Below, piece by piece: positions 45,229 through 53,990 of a stretch of 64,000 bases of DNA (position 1 is its first letter; each line of letters opens with the position of its first letter). This stretch comes from Mesorhizobium sp. (lineage in GTDB: Bacteria; Pseudomonadota; Alphaproteobacteria; Rhizobiales; Rhizobiaceae), in the NCBI RefSeq assembly GCF_004962245.1, contig NZ_SUHQ01000002.1, positions 273,469 through 337,468 on the forward strand. Reading direction: 5' to 3'. The translations under genes were made by a program, and so were the position numbers. The notes beneath the pieces are model-generated. The model did not search any database. It had not been told where the DNA came from and saw nothing but the letters and a program-made list of their open reading frames with translations.

Positions 45229-46548
45229 CTAGGTTCGTTTCGGAATCGCTGGCACTTTCCCGGCGTCCTTCTCCTGCTTGAACGTGTCGTCGAGTTTCTT
45301 GAGGTAGTCCTTCGACGTGGTCTTCTTCAGCCAAACTTCCTCCATGCCACTGACCAGATAGCTGTCTGTGCCAGGGGGCAGGAAGGTCCAGGTGGTATAG
45401 CCGTACCGGCCGTCGCCGACAGCCGATGACAGGTTCTTCATCACCTCGGTATAGAGCGGCAGCACCTTGTCGGAGAGTTTTACCGCCGACAGATCCCTGA
45501 GCGGCAGGTTCCACTCGCCCTGCCAAACCGAATTGATGGCGCTGTAGAATTTGTCGGTGAACACGTAGTCGATCACCGCCGCGGCACCGTCCGGATTTTC
45601 CGACTTGGCATTGATCGAGAAGGTCGAGCCGATGCCAAGCGCATAGACCGGTGCACCGCTCGTGCTCGGGAACCCGACGAAGCCCGCCTCGGCATTGTTG
45701 GCCGGAAAGTAGGGCGGGATGTTGGTGAAGTTCCAGGTTCCGGTCGGTGCCATACCCGCCTGCCCCGTCGCGATCTGGGCGAATGCCTGCTCGCCGGTGA
45801 GCGAGAAATAATTCGGGCCGAAATAGCCCTTCTGCCACCACTCGTCGAGCTTATCGATCGCGGCGACGATCGAGGGGTCGGTCCACGGGATGGCGCCGGT
45901 CAGCGCCTTGTAGACGTTGTCCGGTCCGGCCACCGAATTGAGGATGATCGAGACATAATGCTCGTTGGCCGGGCGCCAGTCGGCATTGCCGGCTCCGAAC
46001 GGGACCAGGCCCTTGCCCTTCATCCCCTCGGCCAGCGCCTCGAGCTCGGCGATGCTGGTGGGCGCCTTCCAGCTGTTCTTGTCGAACAGCGTCTTGTTGT
46101 AGAACAGCCCCAGCGTTTCATAGGTCTTGGCCAGCGCGTAGAGCTTCCCGTCATATTTGCCCAGTTCCGTGAACAGCGGCAGCAGCCGGTCGCTCCAGCC
46201 GAGCTTTGCGGCATAATCGTCGAGCGGCAACAACTGCCCCGCTTGCGCCATCGACGCGACATAGCTCGGGCCTGCGGTGTAGACGACGTCCGGGCCGCTG
46301 CCCGAGAGCATGGCGATCCGCAATTGCTTGTCGAGGTCGGAGCCGCGGAAATCGATCGAAAGATCATCCTGCGGATGGGCCGCATTGAAGGGATCGACCA
46401 GCAGGGTCTTGAGATTGTCCTGGTTTTCCGGCGAGGCGGATTCATACCAGAAACCGACCGGCTCCTTGTCCTCGGCAAAGGCAAGGCGGGGCAGCAGCGG
46501 CAGGGCCGCAAGGCCGAGGCCGGTTTTGAGCAATGTACGACGTTCCAT
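45229..46548 (-). CDS. extracellular solute-binding protein (family 1) with Tat-like signal
   Basis: ATG 46548 follows GGGAGGAAAG. MERRTLLKTGLGLAALPLLPRLAFA. About 439 aa. Confidence 0.88.
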   Translation of the reverse strand: MERRTLLKTGLGLAALPLLPRLAFAEDKEPVGFWYESASPENQDNLKTLLVDPFNAAHPQDDLSIDFRGSDLDKQLRIAMLSGSGPDVVYTAGPSYVASMAQAGQLLPLDDYAAKLGWSDRLLPLFTELGKYDGKLYALAKTYETLGLFYNKTLFDKNSWKAPTSIAELEALAEGMKGKGLVPFGAGNADWRPANEHYVSIILNSVAGPDNVYKALTGAIPWTDPSIVAAIDKLDEWWQKGYFGPNYFSLTGEQAFAQIATGQAGMAPTGTWNFTNIPPYFPANNAEAGFVGFPSTSGAPVYALGIGSTFSINAKSENPDGAAAVIDYVFTDKFYSAINSVWQGEWNLPLRDLSAVKLSDKVLPLYTEVMKNLSSAVGDGRYGYTTWTFLPPGTDSYLVSGMEEVWLKKTTSKDYLKKLDDTFKQEKDAGKVPAIPKRT

Positions 46549-46584
46549 GTTCTTTCCTCCCATAATCGAGCTTCTTGCGGCGCT

Positions 46585-47592
46585 TCAGGTCGAACCGCGT
46601 TGGATCAGGCTGAAGGGCATTTCGAGAGCAGTGCCCGCGCCAGGCTTCGAACCGCGCAGCCGCTCCATCAGGATCTGCGCCGCCTTGACCCCCATGTCGC
46701 CCTGGAACTGGGCAACCGTGGTCAGGGACGGCGTGACCAGCCGTGCCGCCGAAATGTCGTCGAAGCCGGCAACGGCGATGTCGTCGGGAATAGCGATGCC
46801 GCGCTCGCGCAGCGCCCGCATCGCCCCAATGGCCATGAGATCGTTGGCGGCGAAGATGGCCGTCGGCGTGTAGCCGCTGGCCAGCACCGCCTCGGCGGCG
46901 CGGGCACCGCCGGTCTCGCTGAATTCCTCGTCGATGACGATGTACGGCGTGCCGCCGGCCTCGGTCAGGGCCGTACGGTAGCCCTCGACCCGCACGCCTT
47001 GAGGGCCGCCCCGGCCGGCGATCATGGCGATGCGCTCATGGCCGCGGCCGATGAGAAATTGCGTTACCGAAAAGGCGGCGGCATAGCTGTCGACGAAAAT
47101 GTCGTCGATGGCGATGTCGCCGCCGCGCTTTTTGCTGGATTCGATGCGCACCACCGGCACGCCGGCATCGACCAGCGGCTTGAAGTCGCCGGCGCGCAGC
47201 GTGAAGAATACGCCTATCACACCGTCGACCCGCCCCTGCCGGGACCAATCGAGGAAATGCCGCTCCCGTTCGGCGGACCCATCGGTGCTGACAGCGATGA
47301 CGTCGTAGCTGAGCTTTTCGGCCACCGACTGGATGCCGCGCATCAGAGCCGGGTAAAAAGGGTTGGTGATGTCGGGCACGACGCAGGCGATCGTCATGGT
47401 CCGATTGGTCTTGAGGGCCTGCGCGAACCGGTTTGGCATATAGCCGAGTTGCGCCGCCGCATTGGTGATCCGCTCCCAGGTCTCGGACGACAGCGCCGGA
47501 GCCCCACCGCCGCTCATCACCATCGAAACGCTTGCCTGCGACACACCGGCCAACCGCGCAACATCCTTCTGTGTGGCCCGCCCAGTCCTCAA
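46585..47592 (-). CDS. LacI-family transcriptional regulator (first gene of the operon)
   Basis: TTG start 47592 with AAGGGA 8 nt upstream. HTH TQKDVARLAGVSQASVSMVMS. Lies 36 bp upstream of the binding-protein gene. Confidence 0.88.
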   Translation of the reverse strand: MRTGRATQKDVARLAGVSQASVSMVMSGGGAPALSSETWERITNAAAQLGYMPNRFAQALKTNRTMTIACVVPDITNPFYPALMRGIQSVAEKLSYDVIAVSTDGSAERERHFLDWSRQGRVDGVIGVFFTLRAGDFKPLVDAGVPVVRIESSKKRGGDIAIDDIFVDSYAAAFSVTQFLIGRGHERIAMIAGRGGPQGVRVEGYRTALTEAGGTPYIVIDEEFSETGGARAAEAVLASGYTPTAIFAANDLMAIGAMRALRERGIAIPDDIAVAGFDDISAARLVTPSLTTVAQFQGDMGVKAAQILMERLRGSKPGAGTALEMPFSLIQRGST

Positions 47593-47603
47593 GGTGGATT
47601 TCC

Positions 47604-47630
47604 CTTATACGTATTATTGATACGTATAAG
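47604..47630. promoter_or_regulatory. 27-bp palindrome CTTATACGTAT-TATTG-ATACGTATAAG, candidate LacI operator(s)
   Basis: Perfect 11-bp arms. Each arm contains the self-complementary ATACGTAT with central CG. Lies 12 bp upstream of the LacI start and next to its RBS. Confidence 0.6.
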
Positions 47631-47842
47631 TCATTTTGCGAAACACGAGTCAAGAGGGTCTTCTGTGCTGCTGCTCCCGGCTTGTTCCGTTCAGTCGACA
47701 CCCACGGCCGGCCATGGCGCCGGTTCATACCCCGTGGGCGCTTCTCCTTGTTTGCCAATCCTGCCCTATTTTTCCGGGGAGCCTTGCGAAGGCCGGTCGG
47801 CCGGAACCAGTCTTCTGGTCGGGAGTACAGGGATGGCGCACC

Positions 47843-48757
47843 ATGATCATCACCCGCAGGACGTTCGTGAAAGCCGCCGCCGGTTCCGCAGCGGCCTTAG
47901 TGTTGCCGGAAACCGCGCCCGGCGCGCCGCCTGCGCCGCTGATGCGGGCCGTGCCCTCCTCGGGAGAGATGCTTCCCGCAGTAGGGCTGGGCACCTGGAT
48001 CACCTTCAATGTCGGCGACGATCCGGTGCTGCGCGACGAATGCGCCGACGTGATCGCAGCCTTCTTCGAGGCAGGCGGCCGCATGATCGATTCCTCGCCC
48101 ATGTACGGCTCCTCGCAGTCGGTGATCGGTTATGGCCTTGAGAAGCTCGGCCGGCCTGAAGCGCTGTTTTCCGCCGAGAAGGTCTGGACCTCCGCCGCCG
48201 ACGGACCCGCGGAGATCGAGCAGTCGCGCCGCTTCTGGGGTGTGCCGCGCTTCGATCTCGTGCAGGTCCATAATCTCGTCGGCTGGGAGACGCATCTCGA
48301 AACCTTGTTCGCCATGAAGGCGGATGGGCGCATCCGCTATGTCGGCATCACGACGTCCGAAGGACGGCGGCACGACCTGTTCGAACAAATCATGCGCGCG
48401 CATCCGCTCGATTTCGTGCAGCTCACCTACAACGTCGTCGACCGCGAGGCGGAGGAACGGCTCTTGCCGCTGGCGGCCGAGCGCGGCATGGCGGTCATCG
48501 TCAACCGGCCGTTTCGGCAAGGCGCGCTGACGCAGCAGCTCGAAGGCGAGACGCTGCCGGACTGGGCGGCCGAGATCGGTGCCGGAAGCTGGGCGCAGTT
48601 CATTTTGAAGTTCATCCTTTCGCAGCCCTCCGTCACCGTCGCCATCCCCGCCACGACCCGCGTCGACCATGTGCGCGAGAACGTGACGGCAGCGACCGGT
48701 CCCCTCCCCGACGCGGCCATGCGCGATCGGATGGCAGCCTACGTCCGGGACCTCTAG
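47843..48757 (+). CDS. aldo/keto reductase with twin-arginine signal peptide
   Basis: ATG 47843. MIITRRTFVKAAAGSAAALVLP (Tat consensus T-R-R-x-F-x-K), then AKR body LPAVGLGTW, DSSPMYG, IPATTRVDHVRENV. Confidence 0.82.
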   Translation: MIITRRTFVKAAAGSAAALVLPETAPGAPPAPLMRAVPSSGEMLPAVGLGTWITFNVGDDPVLRDECADVIAAFFEAGGRMIDSSPMYGSSQSVIGYGLEKLGRPEALFSAEKVWTSAADGPAEIEQSRRFWGVPRFDLVQVHNLVGWETHLETLFAMKADGRIRYVGITTSEGRRHDLFEQIMRAHPLDFVQLTYNVVDREAEERLLPLAAERGMAVIVNRPFRQGALTQQLEGETLPDWAAEIGAGSWAQFILKFILSQPSVTVAIPATTRVDHVRENVTAATGPLPDAAMRDRMAAYVRDL

Positions 48758-49423
48758 ATGTCCGAATGGTGGACCTACCGGCTGGAGGATTTCCTGCTCT
48801 TCTCGCCGCGCGTCTACTGGCGCATGTTCGAGTTGCACAACGCCGCATTCTGGCCGCTGCAGCTCCTGACGCTCGCCGCCGGCCTTGCCATGATGCTGCT
48901 CGTGGCGCGGCGGCCGCGTGACCATGGTCTCTGGATTGCACTCGTCCTCGCCGCGCTTTTTGCCTTCGTCGGCTGGTCCTTCCTGTGGAACCGATATGCC
49001 GCCATCAACTGGGCGATCGCCTATGTCGCGCCGGCCTTCGGCCTGCAGGCGCTGCTGCTGGCGATCGGCGGTGCGGCACACGGCCGCCTCACCTTCGACC
49101 GGCGGGACATGGCGGGACGGCTCGGGCTGCTGATCATGGCCGTCGGTCTCGTCGTTTATCCGCTCGTCCCGCCGCTCTTCGCGCGGCCATGGGCGAGCGC
49201 CGAGGTCTTCGGCATCGCGCCGGACCCGACGGCGATCGCGGCGCTCGGCGTCCTGCTTACCGCGAGCGGCGGGCTTATACCGCTGCTGTTTCCGATCCCG
49301 CTGCTGTGGCTGCTGCTCAGCGGCCTGACGCTGCATACGATGGGCGATCCGCAGGCCTGGCTGCCGCTTCTGGCGGCAGGCACCACTATCGCTGCCCTGG
49401 CCCTGCGCCGCATCGCTCGATGA
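48758..49423 (+). CDS. polytopic membrane protein (DUF6064-like, from memory)
   Basis: The ATG directly abuts the AKR TAG stop (TAGATG). 221 aa with about 6 hydrophobic segments. N-terminus MSEWWTYRLEDFLLFSPRVYWRMFELHN. Confidence 0.7.
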   Translation: MSEWWTYRLEDFLLFSPRVYWRMFELHNAAFWPLQLLTLAAGLAMMLLVARRPRDHGLWIALVLAALFAFVGWSFLWNRYAAINWAIAYVAPAFGLQALLLAIGGAAHGRLTFDRRDMAGRLGLLIMAVGLVVYPLVPPLFARPWASAEVFGIAPDPTAIAALGVLLTASGGLIPLLFPIPLLWLLLSGLTLHTMGDPQAWLPLLAAGTTIAALALRRIAR

Positions 49424-49486
49424 TGCGACGCTGCGTTCGCCAGCCAATTATCGAAGTCGGCGCCGCCCCTCATCCGCCTGCCGGCA

Positions 49487-49516
49487 CCTTCTCCCCGTAT
49501 AGTGACGGGGCGAAGG
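49487..49516. other. GC-rich imperfect hairpin CCTTCTCCCCGT-ATAGTG-ACGGGGCGAAGG
   Basis: 11 of 12 stem pairs. Lies 64 bp after the membrane-protein stop. Resembles the dispersed CTCCCC...GGGGAG hairpins common in rhizobial intergenic DNA (from memory). Single copy in this window. Confidence 0.4.
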
Positions 49517-49711
49517 GGGCTGGCCGCAACCTCGGCGCCTTTTCCGTAACGCTGCAGATTGGCGTGTAAGCGACGCCCCAAGCTCGACACTGGATGGGAA
49601 AGCCGCGCTCGCCATCGTCGTCGCGGCGTACGAGTCCGCACAAAACGGGGCGTCAGTCACCATCCGCTATTGAGATGGTCGGACACACAACAAAGCCGAC
49701 TGTCGGGGCTC

Positions 49712-50353
49712 TCAGCGCGCCGCCCACACCAGGCCGCGGCGAAATATCGTTCGCATCTGCGGCACCTCGAATTCCTTGGCGGCATGCCCGAGCGCCGAAT
49801 AGAACACCCTTCCCTTGCCGTGCCGGCGCTTCCAGACGACCGGCATGACCACGCCTTCGATCCAGGACGCGTGCTCGCCGGAGAAGGTGGTGGTCGCCAG
49901 CACCTCGTTCGATGGATCCACATGCATGTAGTACTGCTCCGAGCGGTACGAGAAATCGTCGATGCCGTTCATGATGGGATCGTCGCGCCTGGTGATGTCG
50001 ACCCGGTAGTCGATGATGTTGCCGGGGTGAGCCACCCACTGACCGCCGCACATGAACTGGTATTCCGTGGCTTCGCGAAACGCATCGCACATGCCGCCGT
50101 GATAGCCGCCCAGACCGACACCGCCCTCGACCGCCCTTGTCAGGTTGAGCTCCTCGTTTTTCGCAAGCTTGGCCATCGTGTAGATCGGAACGATCAGGCT
50201 CAAATCGGCGATCGCGGGGTCGGCGAATATAGCGGTCGTGGTTTCGACGCGCACGCCAAACCCTTCCTGTTCAAGCATTGCCTTGACCGCGCGTGCCCCC
50301 TGTTCCGGCTCGTGTCCGTCCCAGCCACCCCATACGATCAGCGCTTGCCGCAT
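49712..50353 (-). CDS. ThuA-domain protein (trehalose-utilisation-like, class-I glutamine amidotransferase fold)
   Basis: ATG 50353 follows GAGGGAGAAG. MRQALIVWGGWDGHEP..., FYSALGHA tail typical of ThuA-like proteins. Confidence 0.75.
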   Translation of the reverse strand: MRQALIVWGGWDGHEPEQGARAVKAMLEQEGFGVRVETTTAIFADPAIADLSLIVPIYTMAKLAKNEELNLTRAVEGGVGLGGYHGGMCDAFREATEYQFMCGGQWVAHPGNIIDYRVDITRRDDPIMNGIDDFSYRSEQYYMHVDPSNEVLATTTFSGEHASWIEGVVMPVVWKRRHGKGRVFYSALGHAAKEFEVPQMRTIFRRGLVWAAR

Positions 50354-50566
50354 AGTCTTCTCCCTCAACTTCAATCAAGGCCGCCAAAACGAATGTCGGT
50401 CGGCAGTGTGGCCGGCCGTCCCCAGCCTGATCGTCGTAGCGAGTCTTGGCAAGGTGACAACCTTGAATTGCCGCCAAGGCGCTTGTGACAGCGACCGCCC
50501 TGCTCCATTTCGCTCAGAGCTGCCGCGCACCGCCTTGCTCCAGTCGCCGGATGGAGTCGGATCCGG

Positions 50567-51385
50567 TTATTTCCCGGCTCCGCCAAGCAGACCGCGCACG
50601 AATGCCTTCTGGAAGAGCAGATAGGCGATCATCACGGGAAGAAGCGAGATAAGCGTGGCAGCCATGAGCGGACCGTATTCGACTTGCAGGCTGCTGGCAA
50701 AGCCGGCGATCGTGACCGTGACAGGTTTCGCCTGGTCGCTCGTCGTCAGGGTGATGGCGAAGAGGAGATCGTTCCAGATGGCGCGGCTCTGGATGATCGC
50801 CAGGGCGGCGAGGCCCGACCCGGACGCTGGAAGAAGCAGCCGCCAGAAGTAACCTGCCGGGGTGCAGCCGTCGATGAGCGCCGCCTCATACATGGACCTG
50901 GGCACCGACGCGAAGAAATTCCGCATGAAGAAGGTGCAGAAGGGAACGCTGTAGGCGGGGTGGACCAGCCACATGCCAGGAATGGTGTCGTAAAGACCGA
51001 CTGCCCTGATCAGAAAAAACAAGGGAATTTGCACGATCTGGAAGGGAACGAGCATGCCCGTCAGCAGGAAGAAGTAGACTATCCGTCCGCCGGCTCCGCG
51101 CATATAGGCGAGCGGATAGCCAGAAATCGCGCCCACCAGAAGCGAGAGGATCACGGACGGCACCGTGATCGCAATCGAGTTCAGGAAGCTTCGCCCCATG
51201 CGCTCGTAGGCGATGGCGTAGTTCTGGAAGAACAGCTCGTTCGGCAACGCAATCACCCGCGTTATTTCGGAAGGCGACTTGAGCGACGTCAGCAATGCAA
51301 CGACGAGAGGCGCGGCAAATATCACCGCCGCCACGATCAGGATTGAAAAAGGCAGAGCCTTTCGGGAGGCGGTTGGAGTGTTCAT
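50567..51385 (-). CDS. carbohydrate ABC transporter permease (CUT1)
   Basis: ATG 51385 lies 1 nt after the upstream TAG. EAA loop EAALIDGCTPAGYFWRLLLP. Confidence 0.9.
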   Translation of the reverse strand: MNTPTASRKALPFSILIVAAVIFAAPLVVALLTSLKSPSEITRVIALPNELFFQNYAIAYERMGRSFLNSIAITVPSVILSLLVGAISGYPLAYMRGAGGRIVYFFLLTGMLVPFQIVQIPLFFLIRAVGLYDTIPGMWLVHPAYSVPFCTFFMRNFFASVPRSMYEAALIDGCTPAGYFWRLLLPASGSGLAALAIIQSRAIWNDLLFAITLTTSDQAKPVTVTIAGFASSLQVEYGPLMAATLISLLPVMIAYLLFQKAFVRGLLGGAGK

Positions 51386-51386
51386 G

Positions 51387-52301
51387 CTACTCCGCCTCGC
51401 TGTCCTGGACGCGTTTTGCCAGCTGGTAGATGTAAGGCATGATGATGACACCGGCGATCACGAGAAGGTACACGGAGATCGCGCTGGCGCGGCCCATCTC
51501 GAACCTGCCGAATGCCGTGTCGTACATCTGCGTGGCCAAGACCTCGGAGGCGTATGCGGGGCCGCCATTGGTCATCGCCCAGACGATATCGAAAAGGCGC
51601 ATCGCGTCGACCGCAGCCATGCCGAGAACGACGATCGTCGACGGCCATAGAAGCGGGAAACTGACTTTCCAGAACAGCTGCCAGGGCGTCGCCCCCTCTA
51701 TCCTGGCGGCCTCTATACATTCCACGGGGATGTTGCGAAGTCCCGCAAAGAACACGAGGAAGGCGAAACCGGTCGTCCACCACATCATCGAACCCATGAG
51801 CGCGAAATTGACGATCGACGGGTCGCCCAGCCAGTTCTGGGCCAGGCCGCCCAGCCCAATCGACTGAAGGATGGTCGTCAGCAGGCCGTTGGTCGGCTCA
51901 TACATCCAGCGCCAGATAGCGGCCACGGCCACGGCCGGGATCGTGAAGGGCAGGAAGAAGACGACCCGGAACACGGCCTCTCCCCTCATGCCCCTGTCGA
52001 GCAAGGCCGCCAGGAGCAGGCCGAGGCCCGTCGGTCCAAGGAGGAGGAAGATGAGCCAGGAGATGTTGTTCAAGAGGGCATGGTAGAAACGCGGCTGGTG
52101 AAGCAGCACGATGTAGTTCTGCAGCCCGACGAAACGTGGCGTGGGCGAGAAACCATCCCAACTGTGAAGCGACAAATTGAATGTGGAAATGATGGGATAG
52201 ATATAAAAAACCGCAAAGAGGGTCACGGGAAGCGACAGAAATATTGCGTGGGTTATCCCTGAGGTCTGAAACTTCCGGCGCACGAGTTGGAAGTTGGGCA
52301 T
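51387..52301 (-). CDS. carbohydrate ABC transporter permease (CUT1)
   Basis: 304 aa. EAA loop EAARIEGATPWQLFWKVSFP. Confidence 0.9.
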   Translation of the reverse strand: MPNFQLVRRKFQTSGITHAIFLSLPVTLFAVFYIYPIISTFNLSLHSWDGFSPTPRFVGLQNYIVLLHQPRFYHALLNNISWLIFLLLGPTGLGLLLAALLDRGMRGEAVFRVVFFLPFTIPAVAVAAIWRWMYEPTNGLLTTILQSIGLGGLAQNWLGDPSIVNFALMGSMMWWTTGFAFLVFFAGLRNIPVECIEAARIEGATPWQLFWKVSFPLLWPSTIVVLGMAAVDAMRLFDIVWAMTNGGPAYASEVLATQMYDTAFGRFEMGRASAISVYLLVIAGVIIMPYIYQLAKRVQDSEAE

Positions 52302-52342
52302 GTCGAACCGTTCTCTTATGAGCTGATGCCTGCAGGCCCGAG

Positions 52343-52432
52343 TAATGCACGTCGCCCAGGGGCAGCAACATGCATAAAAAACAGAGACCTAAGCGCGTCG
52401 GCTGAAATCAGTTTCAACGCGACGCGCTTTGG
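52343..52432 (+). repeat. family-A element, copy 3 (shorter, diverged)
   Basis: TAATGCACGTCGCC...CATGCATAAAAAACAGAGACCTAAGCGCGTCGG...GCGACGCGCTTTGG. Lies between the binding-protein stop (52437) and the permease start (52301), so it is inside an operon. Confidence 0.65.
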
Positions 52433-52436
52433 CGGA

Positions 52437-53711
52437 TCACCACTTCAGGTAGGCGCCCTCCGCCTGGGCTTCTTGCCGGAGGCTCTCAAGCGTCGAGATC
52501 AACTCGCTCTCATTGGCATCCGAGGGGTCGATCGCGAATTTCTCGAGCTGGACGCCAAGCTCGGTGCCGACCTTCGTGGGCAGCAGGAAAAACAGGTTCG
52601 GCAGCACCGCGTTGGCCTTCGATGCATCCGCCAGCTGCTTCGCGAACTTGGCGCCGACGGCATCGTAGATCGACGGATCGACTGTCACGTTTGGCGCGAG
52701 AGAACCCTTCGGAACGGCAAAGGCCGCCTGGCCTTCCGCCGACGCCGCGGAGATGACGAATCTCTCGGCCGTTTCGAGCGTGTCGGCCGGACCTTCCGGA
52801 ACCGCAAAAGCATCCATCTGGAAAATGGCCTTGCCCTCCGTGCCCGGCGCTGGAAACACGTCGAACTTCTCAACCGGTGCGAAACCTGCTTGCTTGAAAT
52901 AGGCAGCCGCCCAGGCGCCCATCATGAACATCCCGGTATTGCCGTTGACGACATCGTCGGCCGTCTGCGTCCAGGTCTTGCCGCTCCAGTTCTTGGCATA
53001 GCACTTCACCATCGTGCTGCGGTAAAGGTCCAGGGCCTTGCGGAAATCCGGTGTATCGAAGCCGAGTTCGCCGCTCGCGATCTTGTAGTAGCCCTCGGTG
53101 CCCACAGTGGAGACGAGAGGCGCGTAGAAATTATACAGGCTCCAGAACGGCCCCCCTGCGTTGCCCAAGGGTTCCACGCCTGCCGCGCGCAGCTTGTCGC
53201 AGGCGGCCACCAGGCCGTCATAGTCCTTGGGAGGCTCCAGCCCGGCTTTTTCGAAGATCGCCTTGCTGTAGAATATGTTGTTGATCAGCGAGAGGTCATA
53301 GGGAATGCCATAGGGCTTGCCGTCTATCTTGACGACCCGTTGCACGCCTTCCGGGAAGATCTCGTCACCCTTGATTTTCGCCCAGGTCTCCGAGAGATCA
53401 TGGAGCTTGCCGCTGTCGACGAAGGTCTTTAGCTTGAAGGCCATCGAGCTCTGGTAGGCGGCTGGTGGGGTGTTTCCCATGAACGCGGTCTGCAATTGAC
53501 GACGCATCTCGACGGCGTTGCCCGGGATCACCCTGCCCACGATCTGACTGTCGGGATTTTGTTTATTGGCGAAGGCGATCAGGGCCTCGATTCCCGCCTT
53601 TTCAGATCCCGCGGCGTAGTAATGCCAAAGCTCCTTCGGACCGTCGGCCCTGGCCGCCGATGCGCTCGCGAGCACGCACAGTGCCACGCCGATCCATTTC
53701 GAGTTACTCAT
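52437..53711 (-). CDS. extracellular solute-binding protein (family 1, CUT1)
   Basis: ATG 53711 follows AGAGGG. Signal peptide MSNSKWIGVALCVLASASAARA. About 424 aa. Confidence 0.88.
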   Translation of the reverse strand: MSNSKWIGVALCVLASASAARADGPKELWHYYAAGSEKAGIEALIAFANKQNPDSQIVGRVIPGNAVEMRRQLQTAFMGNTPPAAYQSSMAFKLKTFVDSGKLHDLSETWAKIKGDEIFPEGVQRVVKIDGKPYGIPYDLSLINNIFYSKAIFEKAGLEPPKDYDGLVAACDKLRAAGVEPLGNAGGPFWSLYNFYAPLVSTVGTEGYYKIASGELGFDTPDFRKALDLYRSTMVKCYAKNWSGKTWTQTADDVVNGNTGMFMMGAWAAAYFKQAGFAPVEKFDVFPAPGTEGKAIFQMDAFAVPEGPADTLETAERFVISAASAEGQAAFAVPKGSLAPNVTVDPSIYDAVGAKFAKQLADASKANAVLPNLFFLLPTKVGTELGVQLEKFAIDPSDANESELISTLESLRQEAQAEGAYLKW

Positions 53712-53926
53712 TGTTCTACCCTCTGTTGAGCCTGGAGTTGATGCTCCCGGCATATATTCTGTAAACAAGAAAAACCTACCTCCAAAAATCCGCACGCGTC
53801 AACAGATCGCGCGCAAAATATGCCAATTCGTGAACCTTAAAGCAGGCACAAGATATCAGCCATGCGTTTAATATATTGATATAGAAACATATTTCCAGCT
53901 CTCAAAATCAGACCGCAACTCGTCGA

Positions 53927-53956
53927 TTGACAAACGGTTGGACGTGCTCGTATCAA
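53927..53956 (+). promoter_or_regulatory. candidate promoter TTGACA-N18-TATCAA for the ROK regulator gene
   Basis: Hexamers at 53927-53932 and 53951-53956 in a markedly AT-rich 195-bp divergent region, about 35 nt upstream of GTG 53991 (GGAG RBS at 53982). Confidence 0.3.
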
Positions 53957-53990
53957 TTATTCTCGTAGTAAGAAAAATATCGGAGCAGGT

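Noticed and set aside
45958-48141. 727-aa plus-strand ORF
   Set aside because: It is antisense to the binding-protein and LacI genes, then runs into the AKR gene out of frame. It has the same shadow-ORF composition. The sense genes have clear motifs, RBSs and signal peptides.
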